Assembly: GCF_006345805.1 (NCBI RefSeq)
Contig: NC_043001.1
Span: forward strand, 18,042,001-18,106,000
From: Octopus sinensis
Taxonomy: Eukaryota
Direction of reading: 5' to 3'
Length of the DNA stretch: 64,000 nt
The notes under the pieces are model-generated. The model did not search any database, was not told the DNA's origin, and saw only the letters and a list, made by a program, of their open reading frames with translations. A program made the translations under genes and the position numbers. Numbering within the stretch: position 1 is the stretch's first letter; every line of letters begins with the position of its first letter. This document shows positions 1-11,649 of this stretch, piece by piece.

Positions 1-165
1 TAACCTTCAATTTGAAACAAATGAGGAAGCTAGAATAAAATAAACAAATTGCTTTGGAAATACAAGATTAATAGTTCTTAAAATTAAAATGTATGAACTA
101 ATATCTTAGAATGAATACAAAGCAAGTAGAAATTTTTTTTAAAAAACGATTAAAACTAATATGTG

Positions 166-238
166 TGGAGAATCCGGGTATTGATCCCGGTACCTCTCGC
201 ATGCAAAGCGAGCGCTCTACCATTTGAGCTAATTCCCC
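166..238 (-). tRNA. tRNA-Ala(TGC), copy 1
   Basis: Reverse complement GGGGAATTAGCTCAAATGGTAGAGCGCTCGCTTTGCATGCGAGAGGTACCGGGATCAATACCCGGATTCTCCA. All four stems pair, G3:U70 Ala determinant present, anticodon TGC, T-run downstream. Confidence 0.92.
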
Positions 239-330
239 AACTTGCTAATTATGGCAATGTAATTTCACTTTAACACAAATTGGAACTCTGAAAGGAAAAA
301 TAATCTGAAGCAAAATACCAATTATTTAGC

Positions 331-378
331 AGAGGATCTGTGTTTCGAACCCGTCCTGACACTTAAGCTAAATACCCC
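331..378 (-). other. Anticodon-less tRNA-like A-box/B-box block, copy 1 (also 1999-2046 minus, 5339-5386 plus; decayed ~2905-2955 plus)
   Basis: GGGGTATTTAGCTTAAGTGTCAGGACGGGTTCGAAACACAGATCCTCT resembles the tRNA 5' end/A box plus a GGTTCGAA B box, with no anticodon arm. Confidence 0.55.
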
Positions 379-464
379 AAAGAGAGATAGTATTTCCACT
401 TTAATAGAAGTGACCAATGCCAAATACAAATATACTAAGAGGTCAAGTCACGCACCGCTGCAGC

Positions 465-810
465 ACTCTGGCGACGCGTCGAGCAGAGTCTCAGTTAGTC
501 CCCATCTCCTCGTGACCGTGTGTTATGTGGTCGGCCAAGACGAGCCGTCATCCCAGCCGGATCCTCAGTGACGAAAACACGGTAAGCAGGGTCTAACTCG
601 GAAAATGGAGCAACATGACCAAACACTCTGAGCTAAAGCTCCCGACTCATACAAGTGACAGGACGCATCCCAGTTTCTGAGCAGAGTCGATGGTTAGATA
701 CGAAACCCGACCAATGGTAACACATAATCCTGTGAAGCGTCCTGGAGCCAAATGAGTTCAGGTAGCTCCTAAGGGCCCTGTGGTTCTCTGGTCCATATCC
801 TGGCCCTGCT
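465..810 (-). mobile_element. RTE-clade LINE 3' ORF remnant inside the tRNA repeat unit (also ~2095-2480 minus, 5087-5250 plus, 6975-7258 plus)
   Basis: Translations RTLHRIMCYHWSGFVSNHRLCSETGMRPVTC and FGHVAPFPELDPAYRVLFTEDPAGMTTRLGRP match the RTE RT C-terminal pattern (LRRI.GY.W.DFVSN..L..ETG..VT..IR.RQLR.FGHVAR..DPA...GRP). Stops and frameshifts present. Confidence 0.75.
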
Positions 811-1823
811 CCCGTTTCTGCTCTACTAAAAGGAATCAATATATTCAATGGCATAAATGTTTTCCTTACACATTGAAATACCTCAGTAATTACGCTTAGA
901 ACACACATCCCAGCCACATATAATGTACATTTAGAGTAACCTAACAATTCACGAGCAATTAATAATTTTTTATGGCAGGTTTCATTAGATAATAATGAGA
1001 AAAATATCAAAATGTAGAGTTGCAGTATATAGACTGACGGATCATCGATATTTGAGCTTAGCTGGACCCAAATACCAGGATACTATTGTTATGTATAGAG
1101 ATAGGTCGTTCACGGTTCCTTTGGAACATTTGTAGAAAAGCGCATATTTATTGTTGGTACGTTTAGGTAGGTTCAGGAGAAAAATATGCTAGTCACTGTA
1201 GTGTACGTCGCAGGAGAATAGTGCCTCCCGTTTACGACGACGTGTTCAGCACACTCGGTTCATTGGCGCAGAAGATTCCTGGAGGCAAGCTTCTTCTCAC
1301 TTTGCCACACCTACGCCAATAAATTTTCGCCCGCGTGTGTATGAATTTAAAATTGTTCAGATATTTCAATCCGCATTATTGGGACACATGGTCATCCTTC
1401 AGAAAGAGATTGATAATTTGAAATATTAGCGTCATTCTTCATAGAGTACCATACTCTCAACGTCACGAAATATTTCTTTAAAGACAATCACTCATTTCTC
1501 TAAATTTGAGGACTACTTTATTTCACGTAAGAATTCGTGATCATGTGACACCAAATTATAAAAACTTTGATTGTCGAAATATATAAAGATATTTCTAAAC
1601 CTCTTGTAACTGAATCTGAGAAGATATGATATTTTCAATAAGTAGATATTGGTAGAAGCCGCTAGAATTTTCACTTTGAAAACAATTGACAAAGCTAGAA
1701 TTATATTAAACAAATTCATTGAAAATACAAAAAAAAATGTTTTTAATCGAAATGTATGAACTAATATCTTAAAATGTAAGAAACCAGCAAGAAATTTAAA
1801 AAGAACGATTAAAACCTAATGAG

Positions 1824-1896
1824 TGGAGAATCCGGGTATCGATCCCGGTACCTCTCGCATGCAAAGCGAGCGCTCTACCATTTGAGCTAATTCCCC
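1824..1896 (-). tRNA. tRNA-Ala(TGC), copy 2
   Basis: Same cloverleaf as copy 1, T-loop ATCGATA, 1658 bp from copy 1. Confidence 0.93.
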
Positions 1897-2971
1897 AACT
1901 TGCTAATTATAGCAATGTAATTTCACTTTAACACAAATTGGAACACTGAAAGGCAAAATAATCTGAAGCAAAATACCAATGTTAGATAATTATTTAGCAG
2001 AGGATCTGTGTTTCGAACCCGTCCTGACACTTAAGCTAAATACCCCAAAGGGAGATATGCTAAATACAAATATACTAAGAGGTCAAGTCACTGTTGCAGA
2101 GTGTTGCTGCACTCACCATTTATCGCGAAATTCCAGGGTCCTCTTGGGCGACGCGTCGAGCAGAGTCTCAGTTAGTCCCCATCTCCTTGTGACCGTGTTT
2201 TGTGGTCGGCCAAGACGAGTCGTCATCCCAGCCGGATCCTCAGTGAATAGAACACGGTAAGCAGGGTCTAACTCGGGAAATGGAGCAACATGGCCAAACA
2301 CTCCGAGCTAGCGCTCTCGAATCACAAGTGGCAGGACGCATCCCAGTTTCTGAGTAGAGTGGTTGGTTAGGTACGAAACCCGACTAATGGTAGCACATAA
2401 TCCTGCGAACCGTCCTGGAACCAAATGACCTCAGGTAGCTCCTTAGGGTCCTGTGGGCCTCTGGTCCATGTCCTGGCTCTACTTCTGTTTCTGCTCTACG
2501 AAAAGGAATTCAAAAGGAATATTCAATGGCATAAATGTTTTCCTTACACGTTGAAATACCTAAATGATTACCGTTATAATACACATCACGACTACATATA
2601 AAATACAGTTAGAATAACCTAACAATTCACAAGCAGTTAATAATTTTGATAACAGGTTTCATTAGATAATAACGAGGAAAATATGAAAATATAGAGTAGC
2701 AGTATATAGACGGACAGTTCATCGATATTTGAGCTTAGCTGGATTCAAAGACCAGGGTGCCAGTTGTTAGTAATAGAGATCGGTCTTTCACGGTCCTTTG
2801 GGAACATTTGCAGAAAAGTGCATATTTATTGATGATAAGTTTAGGTAGGTTCGGAAACAAAATATTCTAGTATTAAAGTGGAAATACTAATTATTTTTGT
2901 ATAAGTTGAGTATTTAACGTAAGTGTTCAGCCGGATTCAAAACGTAGGTCCTCTTATCTCCAAATAATTAT

Positions 2972-3727
2972 TTTCCACTCTAGGCACAAGGCCCAACATT
3001 TGGCGGGGTGGGGCAGTCGATTTGATCGATCCCAGTATGCAACTGGTACTTAATTTCTAAACCCCGAAAAGATGAAAGCCAAAGTCGACCTCGGCGGAAT
3101 TTGAACTCAGAACGTAACGGGAGACTAAATACCTATTTCTTTACTACCCACAAGGGGCTAAACACAGAGAGGACAAACAAGGACAGGCAAACGGATTAAG
3201 TCGATTATATCGACAACAGTGCGTAACTGGTACTTATTTAATCGACCCCGAAAGGATGAAAGGCAAAGACAACCTCGGCGGAATTTGAACTCAGAACGTA
3301 ACGGCAGACGAAATACCTTTTTTTTTTTTACTCACAAGGGGCTAAACACAGAGGGGACAAACAAGGACAGACATAGGTATTAAGTCGATTACATCGACCC
3401 CAGTGCGTAACTGGTACTTAATTTATCGACCCCGAAGGGATGAAAGGCAAAGTCGACCTCGGCGGAATTTGAACTCACAACGTAACGCAGACGAAATACC
3501 TATTTCTTTATTACCCACAAGGGGCTAAACACAGAGGGGACAAACAAGGACAGACATAGGTATTAAGTCGATTACATCGACCCCAGTGCGAAACTGGTAC
3601 TTAATTTATCGACCCCGAAAGGATGAAAGGCAAAGTCGACCTCGGCGGAATTTGAACTCACAACGTAACGCAGACGAAATACCGCTAAGCATTTCGCCCG
3701 GCGTGCTAACGTTTCTGCCAGCTCGCC
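2972..3727 (-). mobile_element. SINE family A (tRNA-derived head GGCGAGCTGGCAGAAACGTTAGC), head plus tandem ~183 bp units
   Basis: B box GAGTTCAAATTCC. AAATACC junctions at ~3127, 3311, 3494, 3677. Flanked by the direct repeat CTCCAAATAATTAT (~2958-2971, ~3736-3749). Confidence 0.85.
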
Positions 3728-3825
3728 ACATTGCTCTCCAAATAATTATCTAACATTGGTTTTTTTGGCTTCTTATTATTTTGCAGGTTTGTTAAAGTGA
3801 AATTACATTCTGTTGACAACTAGTC

Positions 3826-3898
3826 GGGGAATTAGCACACGTGGTAAAACGCTCGCTTTACGCGCGAAAGGCACTGCGGTCAGTACCCAGATTCTCTA
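3826..3898 (+). pseudogene. tRNA-Ala pseudogene (copy 3)
   Basis: GGGGAATTAGCACACGTGGTAAAACGCTCGCTTTACGCGCGAAAGGCACTGCGGTCAGTACCCAGATTCTCTA, colinear with the intact copies; D, anticodon and T stems are disrupted. Confidence 0.85.
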
Positions 3899-4657
3899 CA
3901 AATTAATTTTAGTCATTTTTTTTTATATTAATAATTTATTGTTAGTTTGTATTCATTTTAAGATATTAGTTCATACATTTCAATATTAAAGACTTTTTAA
4001 TTTTCTTTTGTGTTCTCAAAGCAATTTTTTTAATATTTAATTCTAGCTTTGACGTTCGTTTTCAAATTGAGAATTCTAGAAGATTCTACCAATACCTACT
4101 GATTGAAAGCATGCTATATCTTGTCAGGTTCACTTTCAAGAGTCATAAAAATATTTTTATATATTTCGAAAATCTAAGCTTTTATAATTTAGTGTCACAT
4201 GATTTAGTGAAATCCTATATTAAATAAAGTATACCGAAAATTTAGAGAAGTCACTGTCTGTAAAGAAGTACTTTGTGACGTTGAGAATATATAAGTATGG
4301 AACTCTACGAAGACTGAAATATATATTTCAAGGTTTAAGTCTCGATTGATTTCCATGAGGGATGGTCATGTGTCCCGATAATGCGTCCCGATATGTTTCC
4401 AATATCTGAGCAGTTTTCGACAAATACACACGTGGACGGAAATTTATTGGCGCAGATGTGACAAAGTGGGAAAAAGCTAGCCTCCCAGAATCCTCTGCGC
4501 CAATGAACCAAGTGTGTTGAACACATTGTCGTCGGAAAAGGGAGAAGTTATTCTACAAATGCTCCAAACAGACCGTGAGTGAATAATTGATCTCTATGCG
4601 TAACAACTGGCATCCTGGTCTTTGATCCAGCTGAGCTCAAATATCAGAGAAACCCTG

Positions 4658-5078
4658 GGATCTTTTCGGTTTGAACGGCAGTTTTTTCTAGCGGTGTCAT
4701 ATGAAATTGTCACCCATAATTATGACCCTAGTATCGATCTATTGCATTTCAATCTGTTTTAGGGTTAGGGTTAGGGTTAGGGGTGGGGGAAGGGTATCTT
4801 TTTTTCTTCAGAAATGTAAATAAACCCAATCTGTTTCTTAAACGAGGGACATATTCATACAGCACAGAATGTTTTCACCTCTATAGACGTCATTGATTGG
4901 TTGAAATTGCAGAAATTGAAGAAAAAACCAACAAATATCTTACAAACTATAGAATTTTCTCAATAAAGCCAAGAGAAAAAGATGTTTTATAAACACATTC
5001 TATCAGTATACGAAGTTTAAAGGTGTTTAGTTACGTGGAAATTATTTTAAAAAGCTGCCGTTCAAACCGAAAAGATCC
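4658..5078. mobile_element. MITE with ~29 bp TIRs and 8 bp TSD (Merlin-like)
   Basis: TIR GGATCTTTTCGGTTTGAACGGCAG(C)TTTTT at both ends. TSD AAACCCTG at 4650-4657 and 5079-5086. Internal (TTAGGG)4. Confidence 0.8.
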
Positions 5079-5490
5079 AAACCCTGCTTACCGTGTTCTA
5101 TTCACTGAGGATCCGGCTGAGATGACAGCTCGTCTTGGCCGACCACATAACACATGGTCACGCAGAGATGAGGACTAACTGAGACTCTGCTCGACGGGTC
5201 GCCCGAGAGGACCCGAGATAAATGGTGAGTGCAGCAACACTCTGTAACACTGCATGGTACCGCAACTGACTTGACCAGTTAGAATATTTGTATTCGGCAT
5301 TGGTCACTTCTATTAAAGTGAAAACACTAACTCCCTTTGGGGTATTTAGCTTAAGTGTCAGGACGGGTTCGAAACACAGATCCTCTGCTAAATAATTATC
5401 TAACATTGGATTTTTTTGCTTCTGATCATTTTGCTTTTCGGTGTTCCGATTTATGTTAAAGTGAAATTACATTCCAATAATCAGCAAGTT

Positions 5491-5563
5491 GGGGAATTAG
5501 CTCAAATGGTAGAGCGCTCGCTTTGCATGCGAGAGGTACCGGGTTCGATACCCGGATTCTCCA
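5491..5563 (+). tRNA. tRNA-Ala(TGC), copy 4
   Basis: Intact cloverleaf, T-loop TTCGATA, T7 terminator about 20 bp downstream. Confidence 0.94.
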
Positions 5564-6414
5564 TTCATTAGATTTCAATCGTTCTTTTTTAAATTTCTTG
5601 CTGGTTTCTTACATTTTAAGATATTAATTCATACATTTTGATTTTAAAATTTTCTCTTTGTATTTTCAATGAATTTGTTTAATATAATTCTAGCTTTGTC
5701 ATTTGTTTTCAAAGTGAAAATTCTAGAGGCTTCTACCAATATCTACTTATTGAAACTATCATATCTTCTCAGATTCAATTACAAGAGTCATAGAAATATC
5801 TTTATATATTTCGACAATCAAAGTTTTTATAATTTGGTGTCACAATGATCACGAATTCTTTTGTGAAATAAAGTAGTCCTCAAATTTAGAGAAATGAGTG
5901 ATTGTCTTTAAAGAAATATTTCGTGACGTTGAGAGTATAGAACTCTAGGAAGAATGACGCTAACATTTCAAATGATCAATCTCTCTCTCTGAAGGATGGC
6001 CATGTGTCCCAATAATGCGGATTGAAATATCTGAGCAATTTTAAATTCATACACACGTGGGCGAAAATTTATTGGCGTAGGCGTGGCAAAGTGGGAGGAA
6101 GCTTGCCTCCAGGAATCCTCTGCGCCAATGAACCGAGTGTGCTGAACACGTCGTCGTAAACGAGAGGCACTATCCTCCTGTGACGTACACTACAGTGACT
6201 AGCATATTTTTCTCCTGAACCTACCTAAACGTACCAACAATAAATATGCGTTTTTCTACAAATGTTCCAAAGGAACCGTGAACGACCAATCTCTATACAT
6301 AACAATAGAATCCTGGTATTTGGGTCCAGCTAAGCTCAAATATCGATGACCCGTCAGTCTATATCCTGCTACTGCACATTTTGATATTTTCCTTATTATT
6401 ATCTTATGAAACTT

Positions 6415-6798
6415 GCCAGTGGCTCTGTGGTAAGTAGCTTGCTTCCCAACCACATGCGTGGCACCTTGAGCAAGTGTCTTCCACTATAGCCTCGGGCCGA
6501 CCAAAGCCTTGTGAGTGGATTTGTTAGACGGAAATTGAAAGAAGCCCGTCGTATATATGTATATGTGTGTGTATGTATGTGTGTGTGTGTGTGCTTGTGT
6601 GTCTGTGTTTGTCCCCCCAACATCACTTGACAACCGATGTTGGTGTGTTTACGGCCACGTAACTTAGCGGTTCGGCGAAAGAGACCGATAGAATAAGTTC
6701 TAGGCTTACAAGGAATAAGTCCTGGGGTCGATTTGCTCGACTAAAAGGCGGTTCTCCAGCATGGCCACAGTTAAATGACTGAAGCAAGTAAAAGAGTA
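6415..6798 (+). mobile_element. SINE family B (head GGAGTGGCTGTGTGGTAAG, tail ...CATGGCCGCAGTCAAATGACTGAAACAAGTAAAAGA)
   Basis: Matches many other copies in the window; interrupts the tRNA repeat unit. Confidence 0.85.
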
Positions 6799-7399
6799 TT
6801 AAAATTATCAATTGCTCGTGAATCGTTAGTTTACTCCAAATGTACATTATATGTGGCTGGGATGTGTGTTCTAAGCGTAATTACTGAGGTATTTCAATGT
6901 GTAAGGAAAACATTTATGCCACTGAATATATTGATTCCTTTTAGTAGAGCAGAAGCGGGAACAGGGCCAGGACATGGACCAGAGAACCCCAGGGCCCTTA
7001 GAATTTACCTGAACTCATTTGGTTTCAGGACGCTTCACAGGATTATGTGCTACCATTGGTCGAGTTTCGTATCTAACCAACCACTTTGCTCAGAAACTGG
7101 GATCCGTCCTGCCACTTGTGATTCGAGAGCGCTAGCTCGGAGTGTTTGGTCATGTTGTACCATTTCCCGAGTTAGGCCCTGCTTACCGTGTTCTATTCAC
7201 TGAGGATCCGGTTGGGATGACGGCTCGTCTTGGCCGACCACATAACACATGGTCACGAAGTATTACATCAGTTTTAAAGTGTCACGCAATCGATTGCTCG
7301 ACATTTTAAAACTTATGTAATACTTACAGGGTTTAATAACATGAAGTAGCCATGAAACAATTGTACTACTCTAGTTGGATATCCTTGTTGCTTATTTTG

Positions 7400-7486
<87 letters not shown>

Positions 7487-7539
7487 ATTATATATATATT
7501 ATATATGTATACATATATATATATACATACATATATATA

Positions 7540-8646
7540 AAACTTAAAACTTAGATAAAACTTAGTATGTTTCGACCAGAGATTGGTCCAGGCCATGTCT
7601 AACTTAATAGCACACCTGATAGGATTATTCGAATCCTGTTTAAGTCAAGTTTTGTTCAAGTAGTGAGTTCTTGTTGGGTGAGTTGTATCCAGTTTGTTCA
7701 AGTAGTGAGTTCTTGTTGGGTGAGTTGTATCCAATTATGGGTGGCTTGTCTGGTATTCTTTGAAGGAATCTATCCAGACTCTGTTGAAGTTGATGGGATC
7801 CTTTTCCTCTTTGATCTCCCTCGGGACAATGTTAAATAGGGCAGGGCCTGTTGAGGAAAAGAAATTATGTTGCAGTGTACATGTATGTTGTGATCTTGAA
7901 TTGGCAGGGGACGTAGCCCGTGGTCCAAGTCTCGGATGAACCTTGAAGCTAATGTTTAGGTCGTTTGGGCAAAGTTGGCGGTATATTTCCACATCGTACA
8001 AATGATGTACCGCTCACGGCGACGCTGGAGGGAGTAAAGTTTCAAGGCTTTAAGGCGATCCCAATAGTCGAGAGCAGCCATGCCTTCAATTTGTTTAGTA
8101 GAGCCCTCTGGGGTGACTCAATTCTGGAGATGTTTTGTCTTGTGTGAGGAGACCACAGTGGGCAGCAGTATTCAAGGTGTGGCCGTACAAAGATGAAAAA
8201 AGTGGTATGATGACACCTTGTTCTCTGGACCGGAAAGTTCTTAAGATCCAGGAACTCATCCTACGAGCTGTATCGACCTTCTTGTTGATGTGTGCACTCC
8301 AGCTGAGATCGTCATCAACAATTACACCCAGGTCTCTGATATTGTTAGAGGCTGTGAGCGGTTCCCTGAAGGAAGAGAGTATGGTTGTTTTAGTGAGGAA
8401 TTTCTTCCAAAATGCATCAGCTCAAATTTTCCCTCATTCAGTTGCATTTTGTTTCTGTCTGCCCATTGACTCACAGCATATAGGTCAGACTGGAGTTGAG
8501 TTCGGTCTGCTTCTTCATTGACGATTTGCTGGAGCTTAGTGTCATCAGCGAATATTTTCACTTTGCAGTGATGTACAACACTGGAAAGGTCGTTTACATA
8601 AATTATGAAGAGTAGCGGACCCAAAACAGTTCCCTGGGGAACACCG

Positions 8647-8648
<2 letters not shown>
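7540..8648 (-). mobile_element. CR1-clade LINE, 5'-truncated 3' fragment
   Basis: [21 protein letters not shown]...KIFADDTKL RT motif, frameshifted downstream, TAAGTTT-type tail. Homologous copy at 29589-30401. Confidence 0.88.
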
Positions 8649-8691
<43 letters not shown>

Positions 8692-8714
8692 TATATATAT
8701 ATATATAGATATAT

Positions 8715-8748
<34 letters not shown>

Positions 8749-8780
8749 GATATATATATTATATATATATAATTATATAT

Positions 8781-8830
<50 letters not shown>
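8648..8830. repeat. (TA)n microsatellite
   Basis: Direct observation; one of many (TA)n tracts. Confidence 0.95.
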
Positions 8831-8832
<2 letters not shown>

Positions 8833-9146
8833 TAATACTAAGCAATAGGGTTTAGCAACGAGTTGCCTTACCACATACCGAATTTAGAATAGCAGTCAAA
8901 GGGTTATAGCTATTTCTTCTACTAAAAAGGGTTATAGCTATTTCAGAAATAGCTATAACCCTTTGACTGCTATTTCTAAATTCGGTATGTGGTAAGGCAA
9001 CTCGTTGCTAAACCCTTATTGCTTAGTATTACTTAAATTTTCCTCGAATGAGGCTTTTACATGCCGAAGACTACTTGGTGTAATTGATAATATTTCCAAA
9101 TTAATTAATTTCACCCTTCATTATTACGGATATATATATAATATAT

Positions 9147-9180
<34 letters not shown>

Positions 9181-9328
9181 CATTATATATAGAGGGCATT
9201 ATACATACATGCCAGAAGGCATTATACATACATGCCAAACGCTAAGAGGGACAATCAGTCATTTCTACCAAAAAATATTACTAATCCCACCGAATGCAAT
9301 TTTTCAAAGTAAGACATTTAAAAATATA

Positions 9329-9374
9329 GACCTGTATCACAGTGATTTCATACTTACGTAATCATCAGCAGGCC
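9329..9374 (-). ncRNA. Minimal type I hammerhead ribozyme motif
   Basis: GGCCTG-CTGATGA-T TAC GTAA GTA T-GAAA-TCAC T GTGA-TA-CAGGTC: 6 bp stem I, intact core, palindromic stem III, AUA cleavage triplet. Confidence 0.7.
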
Positions 9375-9446
9375 TGAATGTATTATAAATAAACAACGAC
9401 CCTGCTCCGCTTAAGCCGATCAGCTAACTATATATATATATATATA

Positions 9447-9649
9447 TAGTTAATCCAAACAAGAAAGCACAAAATGACAACAACAACGCGAGTACGTGGA
9501 ACAAATATAGTATTATTGGACGCTCAGGAAAGAAGGGAAGAAGGAGGGTTTAACGTTTCGCGCGGAGCTCTTCGTGGAAACATAGGAGAAGGAAAAATCC
9601 AGAGAAGGGAAGACAGAGGGAAAAAAATCGCCAACGGTACACACGAGGT

Positions 9650-9653
<4 letters not shown>
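9447..9653 (-). mobile_element. Penelope-like terminal repeat fragment with decayed hammerhead (9548-9581)
   Basis: Homologous to 29383-29580; bounded by (TA)n; core mutated to CCACGA. Confidence 0.55.
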
Positions 9654-9730
<77 letters not shown>

Positions 9731-10229
9731 ATGATGTATATATATATATGTGTGTGTGTGTATAGGCACACACATACACTAATAAATGATTTACTTTTGC
9801 ATCTGTTTTTATTTCTTTCATTTTTCTTGGCTTCACTTTTTCGTGCTCCTCCTCCCCCCCCCTTATTATATCCCTCAAATATCTCCCGTACATAACTATT
9901 TTTATCTCGAGATTTTTTTATCACCAATTTTGCTCATGTTAACAATATACGGTTCCCCCACCACCGTCGCATCGATTTTTATTTTATTACAGCATTTTTT
10001 TTTTCTCCTTTTTGCACCGAATATACCATTCTACTAATGCAGTATTGTATTTTTACACCCTCATAAAATATAGCTGCATATTTTTTTGTACGTTTCTCTG
10101 CCTACAAGTTTGTACACATACATAACACACACACACACACACACATGTAATAATAGATATAGATATATAGATATGAATATAGATATATACATGTATATGT
10201 ATGTGTATGCATGTTTGTACATGTTTACG

Positions 10230-10278
<49 letters not shown>

Positions 10279-10476
10279 ATATATTATATATATATATATA
10301 TACATATATACATATATATACATATGTATATATATATATGGTGTGTGTTGTGAGCGTTTGTGTATAAATGTGTCTGTGCTTGTGTGTGTAGATTACATAT
10401 ATGTATGTATATATATATATATATATATATGATAGATAAATAGATAGACACTACGTACATACATATATATATATAT

Positions 10477-10519
<43 letters not shown>

Positions 10520-10829
10520 GATAGACAGATGTGTGTGTGTGTGTGAGTGAGTGTGTGTGTGTGTGTGTGTGGTGTGTGTGGTGTGTGTAAATATGAGTGT
10601 GCATATGTTTAAGTGTGTGGCCATACCAGTTCTCTTGTCTCCAGACAATCAGACTTTTCTTTAATGGCATGTCAATTTTGGAGAATTCTTGATTCCTAAG
10701 ATCATTTTCCTGTTCTCAGTTGGACCATGTCCCGATTGTCACCAAGCGATTCTTCAACCTTCTCTGGAAGCGCAAATAATTTCAATAAATCAAGAACTTA
10801 TCATGCTCTGCTATTCAAAGTACCTTGAT

Positions 10830-11068
10830 TTAAAGAGAGAGAGTGTGTGTGTTTACGAAAAAAAAACAAAAGATGAAGACAGGTGGTGTACAAAACAAAC
10901 ATGTATTCGAATAACGCTCAAGAATAGAAAGAGTCTTTTACGTTTCGAGCCTACGCTCTTCCACAGAAAGGGACACAGAGAAAAAAAACACAGAGAAGAA
11001 GAAGAGAGAAACAAGAGAGAAAAAGATGAAAAAATGTGTGTAGTGGCTAACGATCTATCATGGCGACT
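10830..11068 (-). mobile_element. Penelope-like terminal repeat fragment with variant hammerhead (10935-10970)
   Basis: CTTT-CTGTGGAA-GAGC GTAG GCTC-GAAAC-GTA-AAAG. Related copies at 12540-12850 and 13790-14035. Confidence 0.55.
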
Positions 11069-11069
11069 G

Positions 11070-11113
<44 letters not shown>

Positions 11114-11204
11114 ACACGTATATATATGTATATATACATACATATATATATACACACACACATATACATATATACATATATATACATATATACATATATA
11201 TATG

Positions 11205-11249
<45 letters not shown>

Positions 11250-11261
11250 TGTGTGTGTGTG

Positions 11262-11537
11262 TGGAGGCACCGGACTCACAATCGTAGGATCGCGGTTTCG
11301 ATTCCCAGACCGGGCGTTGTGAGTGTTTATTGAGCGAAAACACCTAAAAGCTCCACGAGGCTCCGGCAGGGATGGTGGTGATCCCTGCTGTACTCTTTCA
11401 CCACTCTTTCTCTCTCTCTTTCTTTTGTTGGCCTGCTCGAGGGGTGGCGTCATTCGAAGGCTAAAACAATGCGAACGCATTGTGACCAGCGATGTGTAAA
11501 ACATCTGATTGTCTGGTCGGTCACGTGATCACGTGAT
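11262..11537 (+). mobile_element. SINE family C, 5'-truncated
   Basis: Near-identical to the full copy at 41988-42313. Confidence 0.85.
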
Positions 11538-11552
11538 GATATATATATATAT

Positions 11553-11649
11553 ATATTCACGTTGAAAGCACCAGTTCCCGTCCGATCACCAAAGTAAAGC
11601 AACGTCGAACCTAGTTTGTACTTAGATGGGTGACCACTGTAAGCGTCAA
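11553..11649 (+). pseudogene. 5S rRNA pseudogene or 5S-derived fragment
   Basis: CACGTTGAAAGCACCAGTTCCCGTCCGATCACCAAAGTAAAGCAACGTCGAACCTAGTTTGTACTTAGATGGGTGACC matches metazoan 5S including box A and box C. About 17 nt deleted before ACTGTAAGC; T-run follows. Confidence 0.85.

Noticed and set aside
590-850. GC-richer conserved segment of the tRNA unit as a novel ncRNA (7SK, RNase P/MRP, snRNA)
   Set aside because: No diagnostic motifs; it translates to RTE RT C-terminal motifs and diverges like spacer.
3127-3683. Regular 183 bp repeats as a CRISPR-like array
   Set aside because: Units are whole SINE bodies with no unique spacers; eukaryotic context.
4762-4787. (TTAGGG)4 as an interstitial telomere or fusion scar
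   Set aside because: Lies inside a TIR- and TSD-bounded MITE.
9040-9085. CGAATGA-GGC..GCC-GAAGAC hammerhead-like string (similar weak cases at ~26125, ~30975, ~36080, ~50300)
   Set aside because: Two or more core or stem defects each; possibly decayed copies but not supportable individually.
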